A stretch of DNA of 63,688 nt, filler included, from Thraustochytrium aureum (taxonomy: Eukaryota), in assembly GCA_012862495.1 (NCBI GenBank). It is 5 parts of 3 records of this genome, joined end to end, with 100 filler letters (N's around TTAATTAATTAA, not from the genome) between each part and the next. Parts side by side here need not be neighbours in the genome. Positions count along the whole stretch, not along the records: positions 21,807 to 39,331 come from BLSG01000290.1; 4 more parts are not named here. One strand, 5' to 3'. Below are positions 21,807-33,298 of this stretch, in pieces. The notes under the pieces were generated by a model. The model ran no database searches. It was not told where the DNA came from and saw only the letters and a program-made list of their open reading frames with translations. Each line of letters begins with the position of its first letter. Positions within the stretch are counted from its first letter, which is position 1. The translations under genes were made by a program, and so were the position numbers.

Positions 21807-24773
21807 CGAGCTCGGCGAGCTCGCCGACGGTCTCCACGGCGGAGTTGGCCAGACTGCAGCTGCAGCTGCAGCAACCCCCACAGAAGCAACCTCTCGCGAT
21901 TTGAGCGGGCGCGCGCACAGGCAGCTCGATGTGTCCAGCTGGCGCAGGGACCTGCTGGTCACGCTGGCACGATCCCGCGTCAAGCTAGGCGACGAGCGCC
22001 TCAGCTCGCGGTTTCGCCGGCGCGTTCACAACGCGCGGTGGCGGCTCTGGTTTATTGACCTCGCCGCCTCTGCCCAACGCCGCGCGCTCCGCTCAGCAGC
22101 CGTCGACGCGCCGGCGGCCACCTGGACAGCTACTGACTCAACAGGCGGCGATTCCTCAGAGGCCTCTATTCCCCCAGTGCACCTCTCGCGCCTGGGCCGC
22201 GTCCTGAGGCCAGGGTTGGCCCAAGGCGAGCCCGGCAGAGCCATCGCGTTTCTTGGAGAGAACGCGGAGCAGTCTGTGCGGGGCGAGTCGGTCTTTTTCG
22301 CTTTGCACGGAGACGACCTCGACGCCATTCCTGGTGCGAGCGACGCGCCGCTCAGCTCGAGCGACTCGGACTCGTCCTCGGGCACAGTGTCCGAGGACGA
22401 GGCCGACGAGAGCGCGGCGCGCCCAGACTTTACCCGGAAAGCCAGTGTAACTATCCGCGGCGCCCGCCCGCGCGCGCCGCGCGAGCACCTGGCAGCGCGC
22501 GGTTGCGTGCTGGACCCCATCGTCTCCGCTGTCGGCGAACGCGGCCGGCGCGGAGGAGCTTGGGCAAGCAGCTCGATGGAAGGGCCGAACGCACAACCCG
22601 CGCACAACCGCTGGATCTGTCCTGCCGCCCTTGTAGCGGGCACGGACGCGAACAACAAGGCCACTCGGCGCATGCTGGCCGGCTCCCAACGGGGCCTCAG
22701 TGGCCACTTTGAGGTGCGAACCCCCGCAGTGGCTCACAAGAAGCGCTACTTCGTGCTCAGCGACAACTTCCTGCTCGAATTTGCCTCGCGCAAGGACGCG
22801 GCCCCNNNNNNNNNNNNNNNNNNNNNNNNNNNNNNNNNNNNNNNNNNNNNNNNNNNNNNNNNNNNNNNNNNNNNNNNNNNNNNNNNNNNNNNNNNNNNNN
22901 NNNNNNNNNNNNNNNNNNNNNNNNNNNNNNNNNNNNNNNNNNNNNNNNNNNNNNNNNNNNNNNNNNNNNNNNNNNNNNNNNNNNNNNNNNNNNNNNNNNN
23001 NNNNNNNNNNNNNNNNNNNNNNNNNNNNNNNNNNNNNNNNNNNNNNNNNNNNNNNNNNNNNNNNNNNNNNNNNNNNNNNNNNNNNNNNNNNNNNNNNNNN
23101 NNNNNNNNNNNNNNNNNNNNNNNNNNNNNNNNNNNNNNNNNNNNNNNNNNNNNNNNNNNNNNNNNNNNNNNNNNNNNNNNNNNNNNNNNNNNNNNNNNNN
23201 NNNNNNNNNNNNNNNNNNNNNNNNNNNNNNNNNNNNNNNNNNNNNNNNNNNNNNNNNNNNNNNNNNNNNNNNNNNNNNNNNNNNNNNNNNNNNNNNNNNN
23301 NNNNNNNNNNNNNNNNNNNNNNNNNNNNNNNNNNNNNNNNNNNNNNNNNNNNNNNNNNNNNNNNNNNNNNNNNNNNNNNNNNNNNNNNNNNNNNNNNNNN
23401 NNNNNNNNNNNNNNNNNNNNNNNNNNNNNNNNNNNNNNNNNNNNNNNNNNNNNNNNNNNNNNNNNNNNNNNNNNNNNNNNNNNNNNNNNNNNNNNNNNNN
23501 NNNNNNNNNNNNNNNNNNNNNNNNNNNNNNNNNNNNNNNNNNNNNNNNNNNNNNNNNNNNNNNNNNNNNNNNNNNNNNGGCGCCGTGTCACTGCGCGCTG
23601 GGCGTCGCGCTTGGCGGCGAATGCCAACCTGGGCGTCGAGGACCTCTACGAGTGGGATGCTGCCCCAGACGACGCAGTGCTTGGGGCGGGCCGCTACGCC
23701 AAGGTGCACCGCGTCTCGCGCAGGTGCGACGGCCGCCCGACCGCAGTCAAGGTGGTATCGAAAGAGCTCTTCTGGGAGCTCGTCGCGATGGGCAAAGGCG
23801 CTCGGACGCGCTCGCCCGCGAGATCAACACCCAGCTATTTCTCTCGCAGCGAGCCAAGCGCGCGCGCCGCGAGACTGGCGTGGTGTGCGTCCGCCGAGTG
23901 TTCGAGACACGTGACCTGCTTGTGCTGGAGATGGACCTCATGGACAGGCTCAATCTTCACCAGCTTTTGCAGGCCCAAGCTGACAAGCGCTTCTCCGAGC
24001 GGCGCGCCGCTGACGTCGCCATTGCGCTCGTGGGCATCATCCGCCACTTGCGGCGCCACAGGGTCGCCCACCGCGACATCAAGCTCTCCAACCTCGTCCT
24101 CGCGCCAGGCAAGGGGGACCGCTTCAAGTACCTCGCGTCGCCCGACCTGCGCGCTAGTTTGCGGCTCATCGACTTTGGCATGGCGGCCTACGTCTCGGAG
24201 GACGGCCGTCTGCGCGGCCGCTGCGGCACGCCTGGCTATGTCGCGCCCGAGATCCTGCGCTCGCGCCCTGGGGAGGCCTACCCGGACGCAGTCGACATGT
24301 TTTCGCTCGGGGTCGTTGTCTTCACGCTGCTCGGCGGCTACGAGCCGTTCCAGCGCCACGACCTGTCCGAGACGCTGCGGGCCAACAAGCATTGCGAGCT
24401 CATCTTTTACGACCAGGCCTGGTCGCGCGTCTCGCCGACGGCGAGGGACTTTGTGTGCAGTCTGCTGACCGCGGATCCGGCGGTGCGCCTCTCGCCGAGC
24501 GAGGCACTTCGGCACCCGTGGCTAGCGCAGCGCATTTGTACCACGCCTTCGGCTCTGCTTCCCGCAGCTGGTCAGGACCTCCCAAATGTCACATTACCGG
24601 AGGGCACCTGTGCTTTGCCAGCGGCACCCCTTCGTGCGGAGCGGTCTCGTCCGGCGGACCCTGGCACGGCGACGTTTGCTGGCGGAATGTCTCGGCCTCG
24701 TCACTATGCGGCGCCGATTGCTGCGGGGGCAGCCATTGCGGCCACCGACGCGGGTCGCTGCACCATCTCTTAG
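21807..24773 (+). CDS. PH-domain + CAMK-like Ser/Thr kinase (5'-partial, internal gap 22806-23578, frameshift near 23795)
   Basis: PH start SGHFEVR...KKRYFVLSDNFLLEF before the gap; VTARWASRL after it; then LGAGRYAKV, AVK, HRDIKLSN, IDFG, CGTPGYVAPE, DMFSLG, LRHPW. Joining the parts across the gap is inferred. Confidence 0.75.
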
Positions 24774-26018
24774 TCTCGACCCCAGAAACCGAGCACCGTC
24801 GCGGAGCGGTCGGCGCATGAACATAGCAACTCACCATCAGTATACCTACGCATTGCAAAAAGGGTTCGCTGTCAGTACCAGCTCTACCTGCTCACCCTAC
24901 AGGCGCACTGCAGCGTCCTCGTTTCATTTTTGATGATTGATTCCGATTGATTGAATTGAATGCAGCAGACTGCCGAGTACAAAGTACCCGCCCTGCGACG
25001 TGACGTCCTGGCCCTGACCGTGCAGTTTCGCACAGAGCCTGGCCACCNNNNNNNNNNNNNNNNNNNNNNNNNNNNNNNNNNNNNNNNNNNNNNNNNNNNN
25101 NNNNNNNNNNNNNNNNNNNNNNNNNNNNNNNNNNNNNNNNNNNNNNNNNNNNNNNNNNNNNNNNNNNNNNNNNNNNNNNNNNNNNNNNNNNNNNNNNNNN
25201 NNNNNNNNNNNNNNNNNNNNNNNNNNNNNNNNNNNNNNNNNNNNNNNNNNNNNNNNNNNNNNNNNNNNNNNNNNNNNNNNNNNNNNNNNNNNNNNNNNNN
25301 NNNNNNNNNNNNNNNNNNNNNNNNNNNNNNNNNNNNNNNNNNNNNNNNNNNNNNNNNNNNNNNNNNNNNNNNNNNNNNNNNNNNNNNNNNNNNNNNNNNN
25401 NNNNNNNNNNNNNNNNNNNNNNNNNNNNNNNNNNNNNNNNNNNNNNNNNNNNNNNNNNNNNNNNNNNNNNNNNNNNNNNNNNNNNNNNNNNNNNNNNNNN
25501 NNNNNNNNNNNNNNNNNNNNNNNNNNNNNNNNNNNNNNNNNNNNNNNNNNNNNNNNNNNNNNNNNNNNNNNNNNNNNNNNNNNNNNNNNNNNNNNNNNNN
25601 NNNNNNNNNNNNNNNNNNNNNNNNNNNNNNNNNNNNNNNNNNNNNNNNNNNNNNNNNNNNNNNNNNNNNNNNNNNNNNNNNNNNNNNNNNNNNNNNNNNN
25701 NNNNNNNNNNNNNNNNNNNNNNNNNNNNNNNNNNNNNNNNNNNNNNNNNNNNNNNNNNNNNNNNNNNNNNNNNNNNNNNNNNNNNNNNNNNNNNNNNNNN
25801 NNNNNNNNNNNNNNNNNNNNNNNNNNNNNNNNNNNNNNNNNNNNNNNNNNNNNNNNNNNNNNNNNNNNNNNNNNNNNNNNNNNNNNNNNNNNNNNNNNNN
25901 NNNNNNNNNNNNNNNNNNNNNNNNNNNNNNNNNNNNNCGACGCGCCGACTCAGGACGATGATAGCGGGCCGCTCGTGCCAGGCACGAGCAGCCGAGGAAG
26001 CGCGCGCGAAAGGGCGCA

Positions 26019-28262
26019 ATGTGCGAGTTCCCCAGCTGCGACAAGAGGGCTTCGTTTGGTGACACCGATAAAAAGTACAGGTGGTGCGGCTCGCACCGAC
26101 TGCCCGGGGCTAAAGCGTTCCAATCGACGTTTTGCGAAAACCCGGACTGCAACAAGCACGCGTCGTTCTCCCTGGGCGCCAAAGGCCGCAAACGGTGGTG
26201 CGCCGCCCACCGGCCAGCGGGCGCTCGCATCAAGGGCGCGCTGCAGTGCCAAGAGCACGGCTGCAACAAGCAGCCCACGTTTGGGTTCCCTGGGCAGCAG
26301 CGCCAGTGGTGCATGCAACACAAGATGCCAGGAGCGGTCAACCTGACCAAGCGCAACTGCGCGGCGCCCGGTTGCGAGGCGAAGGCCTCCCTCGTGCAGC
26401 GAGGCACAATGCAAAAGTACTGCTTGGATCACGCGCCAGACAACTGCATCGAGCTCAAGGCGCGGAAGAAAAAGTCCAACGACGAGCTGTACGACCAGCT
26501 GGCCTACCTCGAGCGGCAGCTGTCGGGCCTCCGAACGCAGGTCGCGCACCTACGTACGATCGCGGACCCGGTCCGCCTCGAGCAGTTCGACCGCAGCCTT
26601 GCTTCAGGGACGCTGCCCACCATGCCCTTGTTCGGCGGCGCCCAGGCGCCCGGCCCGAGGGCCACCAGCCAGCAACCGTCAGGACCGCCCGCGCTCCCCC
26701 AGCAAGCTTTCTTCGGCACAGACGGGCCGCAAAAGTTGGAGCCCACAGACCTGGGTCTTTCGCTCGAGCAGTCGTCCCAGCGCCTCCCCCGGAGCTCCAG
26801 CAGCGAGGCCAGCAACAGGCGCAGCTGACCGAAGCTTGCAGGTTACCGCAAACCCGTCTTTCGGGACACCAACGATCCCGCCTTTCGGGGCAATAACAAA
26901 CAACCCGCAGGGCCCACAGGGGATCCAGGAGCATCCCAAAGGCGACCAAGCACCCCAGGGTTCACAGGGTCCTCGGCAACCAGATGTGTTTCAGACGTTC
27001 ATCGACGAGATCGGTGCGACGCAAACCGACGGGTTCTTGGTGCCGACGCACATGAACCAGGGCCTAGGCGCCCGAGCGAGCGCTTGGCTTGCCTTGGATT
27101 CGCAAAAGCCCTCTCAAGATGGGTTCGCCCCTGCACCGTTCTCAGGCCCAGCGGAGGCGTTCTTGGAACAGCAGTCCCAACCTATTCCCCACTCGCCGCC
27201 CCAGCGCGAGGGTCACGGCGGCGTGTCTTCGTCGGTGCCGATGCCAATCTCCCCACAGCGACGCCCGAACCACCTAACCACCACCCCAGGACTGCGGCCG
27301 CTCGATATGCAGCAGCACGAGATGCACAGCCAGCAGCACCACCTGGCTGATGGGCGAGTTGGGCAGGCTGACTCATTCGCGGAAGCCGGCCCGTCAAAAT
27401 TGTCTGCGCCCTCTCCTCTCTCGAGCGCCCTGCAACTCCACGTTGGGCAACCGCAAGCAGAGGCTTTCCACGTGCCTCTCCCAACGCAAGGCATGCTCAG
27501 CCCAAGCGAAACGCAACGCGGGATGAAGTCCCTTCAAGGTCCTCCGGACGGCCTCACAGCTCTGTCGCCGACCGCAAATAGTATGCAGCGGTTCGACGGT
27601 CCAACAAATGGCAGGGCTATCAGCTCTGAATTTGCCGCGCAACAAGACGCGTCTCAGCAGGTTGTGCAGAGCCTGGGGCAATCTCAGGTGCAGCACATTA
27701 ACGACCGGCACCACGCGGGGCACGGGTTGCAGCAAGACATGCTGCACCAGCAGCAACAGGTCCTCGAGGATTTCCATCAGCACTTGCATCAGCAGCACAA
27801 GCAGCAAGAACAACAAGCGGTGGAGCTCGCGTTACGCAACGAGCGGCGCCAAGAAGACCTGCGGCAGCAGCAACACCACGAACAACAGCAACTCGAGCAA
27901 CGCATCTTGCACAGCATGCTGCAGCACCAAGAGCAGCACCAGCGCCAGGAGAAGCATGGGCTGCCCGCGCTGAGGCCGTCGCTGCGCAAGGTCACGAGCA
28001 AGAACTGCAGGCGCAGCTCCAGTCCCGAAGGGTGTCGAACAGCGCGCTCTGGATGGAGTTGCAGTCGCCGTGCTCGCGGTCCGAGGACGCAGGCGCACAG
28101 CCCGCCAAGCTTCCAGAGCTGCAGACCGTCGACCAGGCAAAGCCCGGCCTGCCCAAGGCCAGCGACGTCGCGAGCAGCAGCAGCAGCAGCAGAAGCGCAA
28201 CACGGTCGTTCGCTCAGGACTGCCCAGCAGACCTGGACAGGGCCGAGGCCAGCGCACAGTAG
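26019..28262 (+). CDS. EsV-1-7-like Cys-rich repeat protein with leucine zipper and Gln/His-rich tail (frameshifts near 26790 and 27950; 5' end uncertain)
   Basis: Four C-x4-C...C-x2-H repeats with ASFG/PTFG cores; KARKKK followed by L157/L164/L171/L178 heptads. Q/H-rich coding-like sequence continues in ORFs 26599.. and 28032..28262. Confidence 0.7.
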
Positions 28263-28674
28263 ACAAAATCCCATCGAACCAACCCACCAGATCAGAGCCT
28301 TCCTCCAGGCGGGCCGCGCCAGGCGCCAGCCCGAGTCTCGGCGGAGTCTCGNNNNNNNNNNNNNNNNNNNNNNNNNNNNNNNNNNNNNNNNNNNNNNNNN
28401 NNNNNNNNNNNNNNNNNNNNNNNNNNNNNNNNNNNNNNNNNNNNNNNNNNNNNNNNNNNNNNNNNNNNNNNNNNNNNNNNNNNNNNNNNNNNNNNNNNNN
28501 NNNNNNNNNNNNNNNNNNNNNNNNNTCGACTCCAGCAGAGCCACTGAAGCCGAGTGCCACGGCGAGCAGACCAGCGAGGCAGCACCAGCACCAGCACCAG
28601 CAGAGGCGGAGGCGGAGGCGGAGGCGGAGGCGGAGGGCGTGCAGGCGAGCCCTTGCTTGCGCCCTGGTCGCGCG

Positions 28675-29946
28675 ATGGCGGACTCGGCCATGGATGTGGT
28701 GGCCACCTCGACCTCGATGTCGCCGCGGCCCCCCAGGTCGCTGTTGCGCCGCTGGCGGTGCTCAAGGGGCACGAGGACAGGGTGTGGCACTGCGCCTGGA
28801 GCCCCGCGGGAGATCTGCTCGCGTCGTGCGGGGCAGACAAGGTGGTGCGCATCTGGCGGCGAGTCGACAACGCTGACGCGGTGGCGACGGCCTGGACGTG
28901 CGTCGAAACCCTCGAGGACACGCAGAGCCGCACGATCCGCTCGTGCGAGTGGTCGCCGTGCGGGAGCTACTTGGCGACAGCGAGCTTTGACTCGACCACG
29001 ATCATCTGGCAGCGCGGCCGCAAGGAGGGGTCGACCAGCGTCGAGTGGCAGGTCAGCGCCACGCTCGAGGGCCCCGGTAAGTCTGATGTTTGGCCCGAAA
29101 GGGCGCGCGCCCAAGCGCCTTGTGCTGCAAGCCTAACAGAGGCATTCGAGCGAGTGCGCAGAGTCCGAAATCAAGAGCGTCGCCTGGAGCGCCGATGGCA
29201 CGCTCGTGGCGGTCTGCTCGCGCGACAAGTCGGTCTGGATATTCGACGCGCCACCTGCTGCCAAGGGAACCGATCTCCTCCCAGACGAAGAGTTTGAGCT
29301 GGAATGCGTGAGGTGAGTCTCGCTCTGGCGAGTGCGCTTGCCGGCCGTCTCATCTGCTGACTTTGGCGGCGGACGGACTGGTCGTTTGTGGTCGTTTGTG
29401 GTCGTTTTGTGGCGCAGTGTGCTGTCAGGCCATTCAGGGGACGTCAAGTTCCTAGCCTGGCACCCGACCGAGCAGCTCTTGTTTTCGGCCAGCTACGACG
29501 ACACGATCCGCGTTTGGGCCGAAGACTCGCAGGACTTCGCCACAACCGACGTGCTGCAGGGGCACCAAAACACTGTATGGGGCCTCGCACTGGATCCGCG
29601 CGGGCAGCGGCTCGCTTCGTGCAGCCAGGACTGCACCACACGTATCTGGGAGCGGGATGCTTCCGGCAAGTGTGTTGCGGGCAAGGTTCTGGAGAAGCGC
29701 CACGAGCGCACAATCTTTTCGATTCACTGGAGCCCGGATGGCGCTCTTTTCGCCACCTGCGGAGGCGACGACACTGTCGTGCTGCAGCGCGGTGACCCAG
29801 CAAGCGAATTCGCGCTGGTTGCGCGTGTACAGGGAGCACACGAGTCGGACATCAATTGCGTTCGGTTTTCGCCCACTGTCGCAGGGCTTTTTGCGACCGC
29901 AGGCGACGACGGCCTGGTCAAGGTTTGGCATATGAAGGGAGGCTAA
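28675..29946 (+). CDS. CIAO1: Cytosolic Fe-S assembly WD40 protein CIAO1/Cia1 (introns 29077-29161 and 29313-29417)
   Basis: [109 protein letters not shown] and GTGAGT..CTGAC..CAG introns. The start needs a frameshift near 28730. Confidence 0.93.
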
Positions 29947-30032
29947 GGAAATAAATATTGTGGACTGTGGGTGGCAATCGCGTGTCGCCTCAAGATGGGC
30001 AGAGGGCGCTGGGCTCGCGCGCGTTTGGGTCC

Positions 30033-32438
30033 TCACTTGCCCAGCGCGGCGTCAAGGTGGTCGTCGTCCACGTGGCTCGGAACGGTCACGCACAGCTTTG
30101 GCTCGGCCTCCATCGCGCGACGGATAGCGAACTCGGCGCACTTGTTTCGAGCCCAGGAGCGCCGCGTCACGCCGTTGTTGACGTCCCAGTGAAGAAAAGC
30201 CTCGGCCCGGCGCGCGGCCTCGGGCGAGCCGTCGAGGACGTGGCCAAAGCCGCCGTTGACCGCGTTGCCCCAGCCAGTGCCGCCCCCGTTGTGCAGAGCC
30301 ACGTAGGTGCATCCACGAAGGGCGAGCCCAATTGCGTTCTGCGTGGCCATGTCGGCGCAGTACATCGACCCGTCACCCTGCTTCATCGAGATGTTGCTCG
30401 TCTCGCGGAACGGGCTATCCGTGCCGGACACGTCGTGGTGGTCCTGCAGTGCAGAACAGAGCCAAGATACGAGAGTTAGAGACCTGCAGCAAGCAAAGAG
30501 TCGCGGCAGCGAAGCCGGAGCGCGCCCGGCCTCTGCGCACCAGCCCCCGCGCTCACGCAGCCAAGCAACAAGCTAACCTACCCTGCTCAGCACCACGGGG
30601 CCCTTGATTCGGCCCGAGGCTATCGCGGCGTTGAAGGCGAGCGCGAGGCGGCAGCGCCCCTCCGCGTCAGAGTACAGAATGCGAGCTTGCGAACCAACCA
30701 CGAGCTTGTTGGCGCCCGCCTCGCGAATCCACTTGAGGTTGTCCCGAAGCTGCTCCTTGGCCTTGTCGAGCTCGGCGCTCGCGTCGCCGGGGATTGCCTC
30801 CAAGTCGGCTAGCTGGGCTCCCATCGTCTCCTCCGCAAGCAAGTCGGTGGTCGCCAGGTCCCCTGGCTCGAGCGAAGCGCAGACCCAGCGGAAGGGACCA
30901 AACCCAAGCGAGAATATGTCGCCCATGATGTCCTCAAAGTACGACGGGTACCGAAAGTCCATTGAGCTGGTTGCGCCTTCCCGCAGGACGTCGGCCCCAG
31001 CCACGCTCGCCTGGTTCAAAAAGCTGTTGCCATAGTCCCAAAAATGCATGCCGTGCCCAACCATGCGGTTGATGGCGGCAACGTGGCGATGGAGCGACTC
31101 ATGCACGAGCCCCTTGAAGCGCTCTGGGTCGCTCCGCATCAGAGCTTGGGCTTCGCCGACCGTAGGCACCCCGACTGGATAGTAGCCGCCGTTGTAGGGG
31201 TTGTGAAGCGAGGTCTGGTCGCTGCCCAGCTCGGCCAGCAGCTGGCCCGTCGCGTCGGCATGGTCGGCGAGCGCCTCCCAAAGTACCACAACGTTGCCCA
31301 GGAAGCCGATGCTCGTGCCTGTCGTGCCTGGCGACTCTCGCAGGCGGACAATCATGTCGATGCACTCTTGCGCGGACCGGGCAACGTCCTGGATCCAACC
31401 CTGCTCGTGCCGTTTGTTGAGGGCTGCCTCGTCCACTTCGGCGATCACGCCGATCACGCCAGCGATGTCGGAGGCCTTGCCTTGCGCGCCGGACATGCCA
31501 CCGAGCCCGCTCGAGACGTAAACTTTGCCTGTGAGGTCTCCCGTTCCGAGGTACTTGCGGCCCGCGTTTAGAATGGTGATGGTCGTGCCATGGACTTTTT
31601 GCCGTGCGCCGTGTCAGCGCATCATCGCGAGGACCACGAGCAAGCTGCGCGGCCCGGCAAAGCGACGCCGTTCTACTTACCGATCCCCTGCGGTCCGATG
31701 TAGCAGTACGAGCCGGCGGTCATCTGGCCGTATTGGGTGTTGCCTGGAGCAAAGGCGGGAGCGACTGTCAGCCCCCATCGCGCGCTGCGAGCGGGGAGCC
31801 GCGTCAAACTTACCTAGAGCGTACATCTTGTCGTACATCTCCTGGGTGCTAAAGTTGGGCACCATCATTCCGTTGGTGATCACCACGCGCGGCGCGTCGC
31901 GGTGGCTCGGAAACAGGCCAGCCGGGTGGCCAGAGCACATCGACAGCGTCTGCTCCTCTGTCATCTCGCTCAAGTACTTCATCGTCAGGTGGTATTGCGC
32001 CCAGTTCTGGAAAACGCTGCCGTTCCCGCCGTAGGTGATCAGCTCGTGCGGGAACTGGGCCACGCGCGGGTCGAGGTTGTTCATGATCATCATCTGGACT
32101 GCAGACGCGGCGCGGACTCGGGCCGGGTACAGGTCAACCGGGTACGCCTTCATCTCGTACTCGGTCGGGCGAAACCGGTACATGTAGATGTGCCCGTACT
32201 CCTCAAGCTCGCGCGCAAACTCGGCTGCCAGCACAGCGTGGTGTTCCGCTCCAAAGTACCGCAACGCATTCCGCAGAGCCATGCGCTTTTCCTCGTCGGT
32301 CAGCTTTGGCGTGCGCACCGGCGCGTGCGGAACGCCCCCATCAATCCCGGGGTGTTCGGGCAGCACCTCCCACTGCAGTCCGCGCTTGAGCGTCTCAAGC
32401 GCCTTGGCCGTCGCCTGGCGCCCTGCCGCGCAAGCCAT
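30033..32438 (-). CDS. UROC1: Urocanate hydratase, eukaryotic type (introns 31744-31813, 31595-31680, 30444-30581)
   Basis: YGHIYMYRFRP, NNLDPRVAQFPHELITYGGNG, QYGQMTAGSYCYIGPQGIVHGT, GLGGMSGAQ, SDQTSLHNP, FWDYGN, FGPFRWVC, SR|DHHDVSGTDSPFRET, LHNGGGTGWG, WDVNNGV. Splicing restores the frame at each junction. Confidence 0.96.
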
Positions 32439-32799
32439 GGCCGACGGAAATTTCTTCTTCAAAAGTGTCCACGACCCACGACAACCAACTCGTTTGACGC
32501 CGCCCTGCGCTCTTCGCGCGCCGCAGAGCCCAGCCCCTCCCTCTTCGCGCCGCCCTCCTCGCGTCTCNNNNNNNNNNNNNNNNNNNNNNNNNNNNNNNNN
32601 NNNNNNNNNNNNNNNNNNNNNNNNNNNNNNNNNNNNNNNNNNNNNNNNNNNNNNNNNNNNNNNNCTGCTGCTGCTGCTGCTGCTGCTGGTGTCAGATGCG
32701 GATCTGGCGATCGACCTTTTGTGCCCGAAGTGGTGTCCCGAGGTGTCCCGGGTGGAGGAGGTCGTACCAGTACTCGAGCAAAGCATGCTGCACTGCGTG

Positions 32800-32874
32800 G
32801 TCCTGGGGCAGCAGCCGAGGAGATCCAGACCAATCGTCGTCCTGGGGCAGCAGCCGAGGAGATCCAGACCAATC
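32800..32874. repeat. Tandem duplication with 39-bp period (36 bp identical)
   Basis: GTCCTGGGGCAGCAGCCGAGGAGATCCAGACCAATC at 32800 and 32839. Confidence 0.9.
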
Positions 32875-33298
32875 CATCCATCCGTCGAGCCTTCTGACAT
32901 GAGCCGCACCACAGCGAGCTGAATTTGCTACAAGCTGTTGTGATGATCCTGGGCAACGACGGGATCTCGCTCCGACGTCGTGGGAGTTTTTGCTGCATCG
33001 AGGCGCTCGGCGCGGTTGGGTTTGTGGCCGCTGGCGTGCCGGCCAGCGCGCCGGTGGACGGCGAGGCTGTGACAAAGAGTAGAGCAGCTGCGACTCGGAC
33101 TCGAAGCGCAAAGTGCCGACATGCTGCCGCTTGCGTTCAGCCGCCACGCGGCGCGAGAAAGAAGCTACAAAATGATTTTGGTGTGTTTGTACAGAAGCGG
33201 GCCGCCGCCGTGAGCAATTGCTCCGAATTGGGCGGGTACTGGTCAATGAAGAAATAGAAATGTCAGAAAGAAACAATGATCGACGAACGTCGAGCTCG

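Noticed and set aside
26019..26828. Endogenous giant-virus insertion
   Set aside because: No viral hallmark genes or compositional shift; the neighbours are intron-containing host genes.
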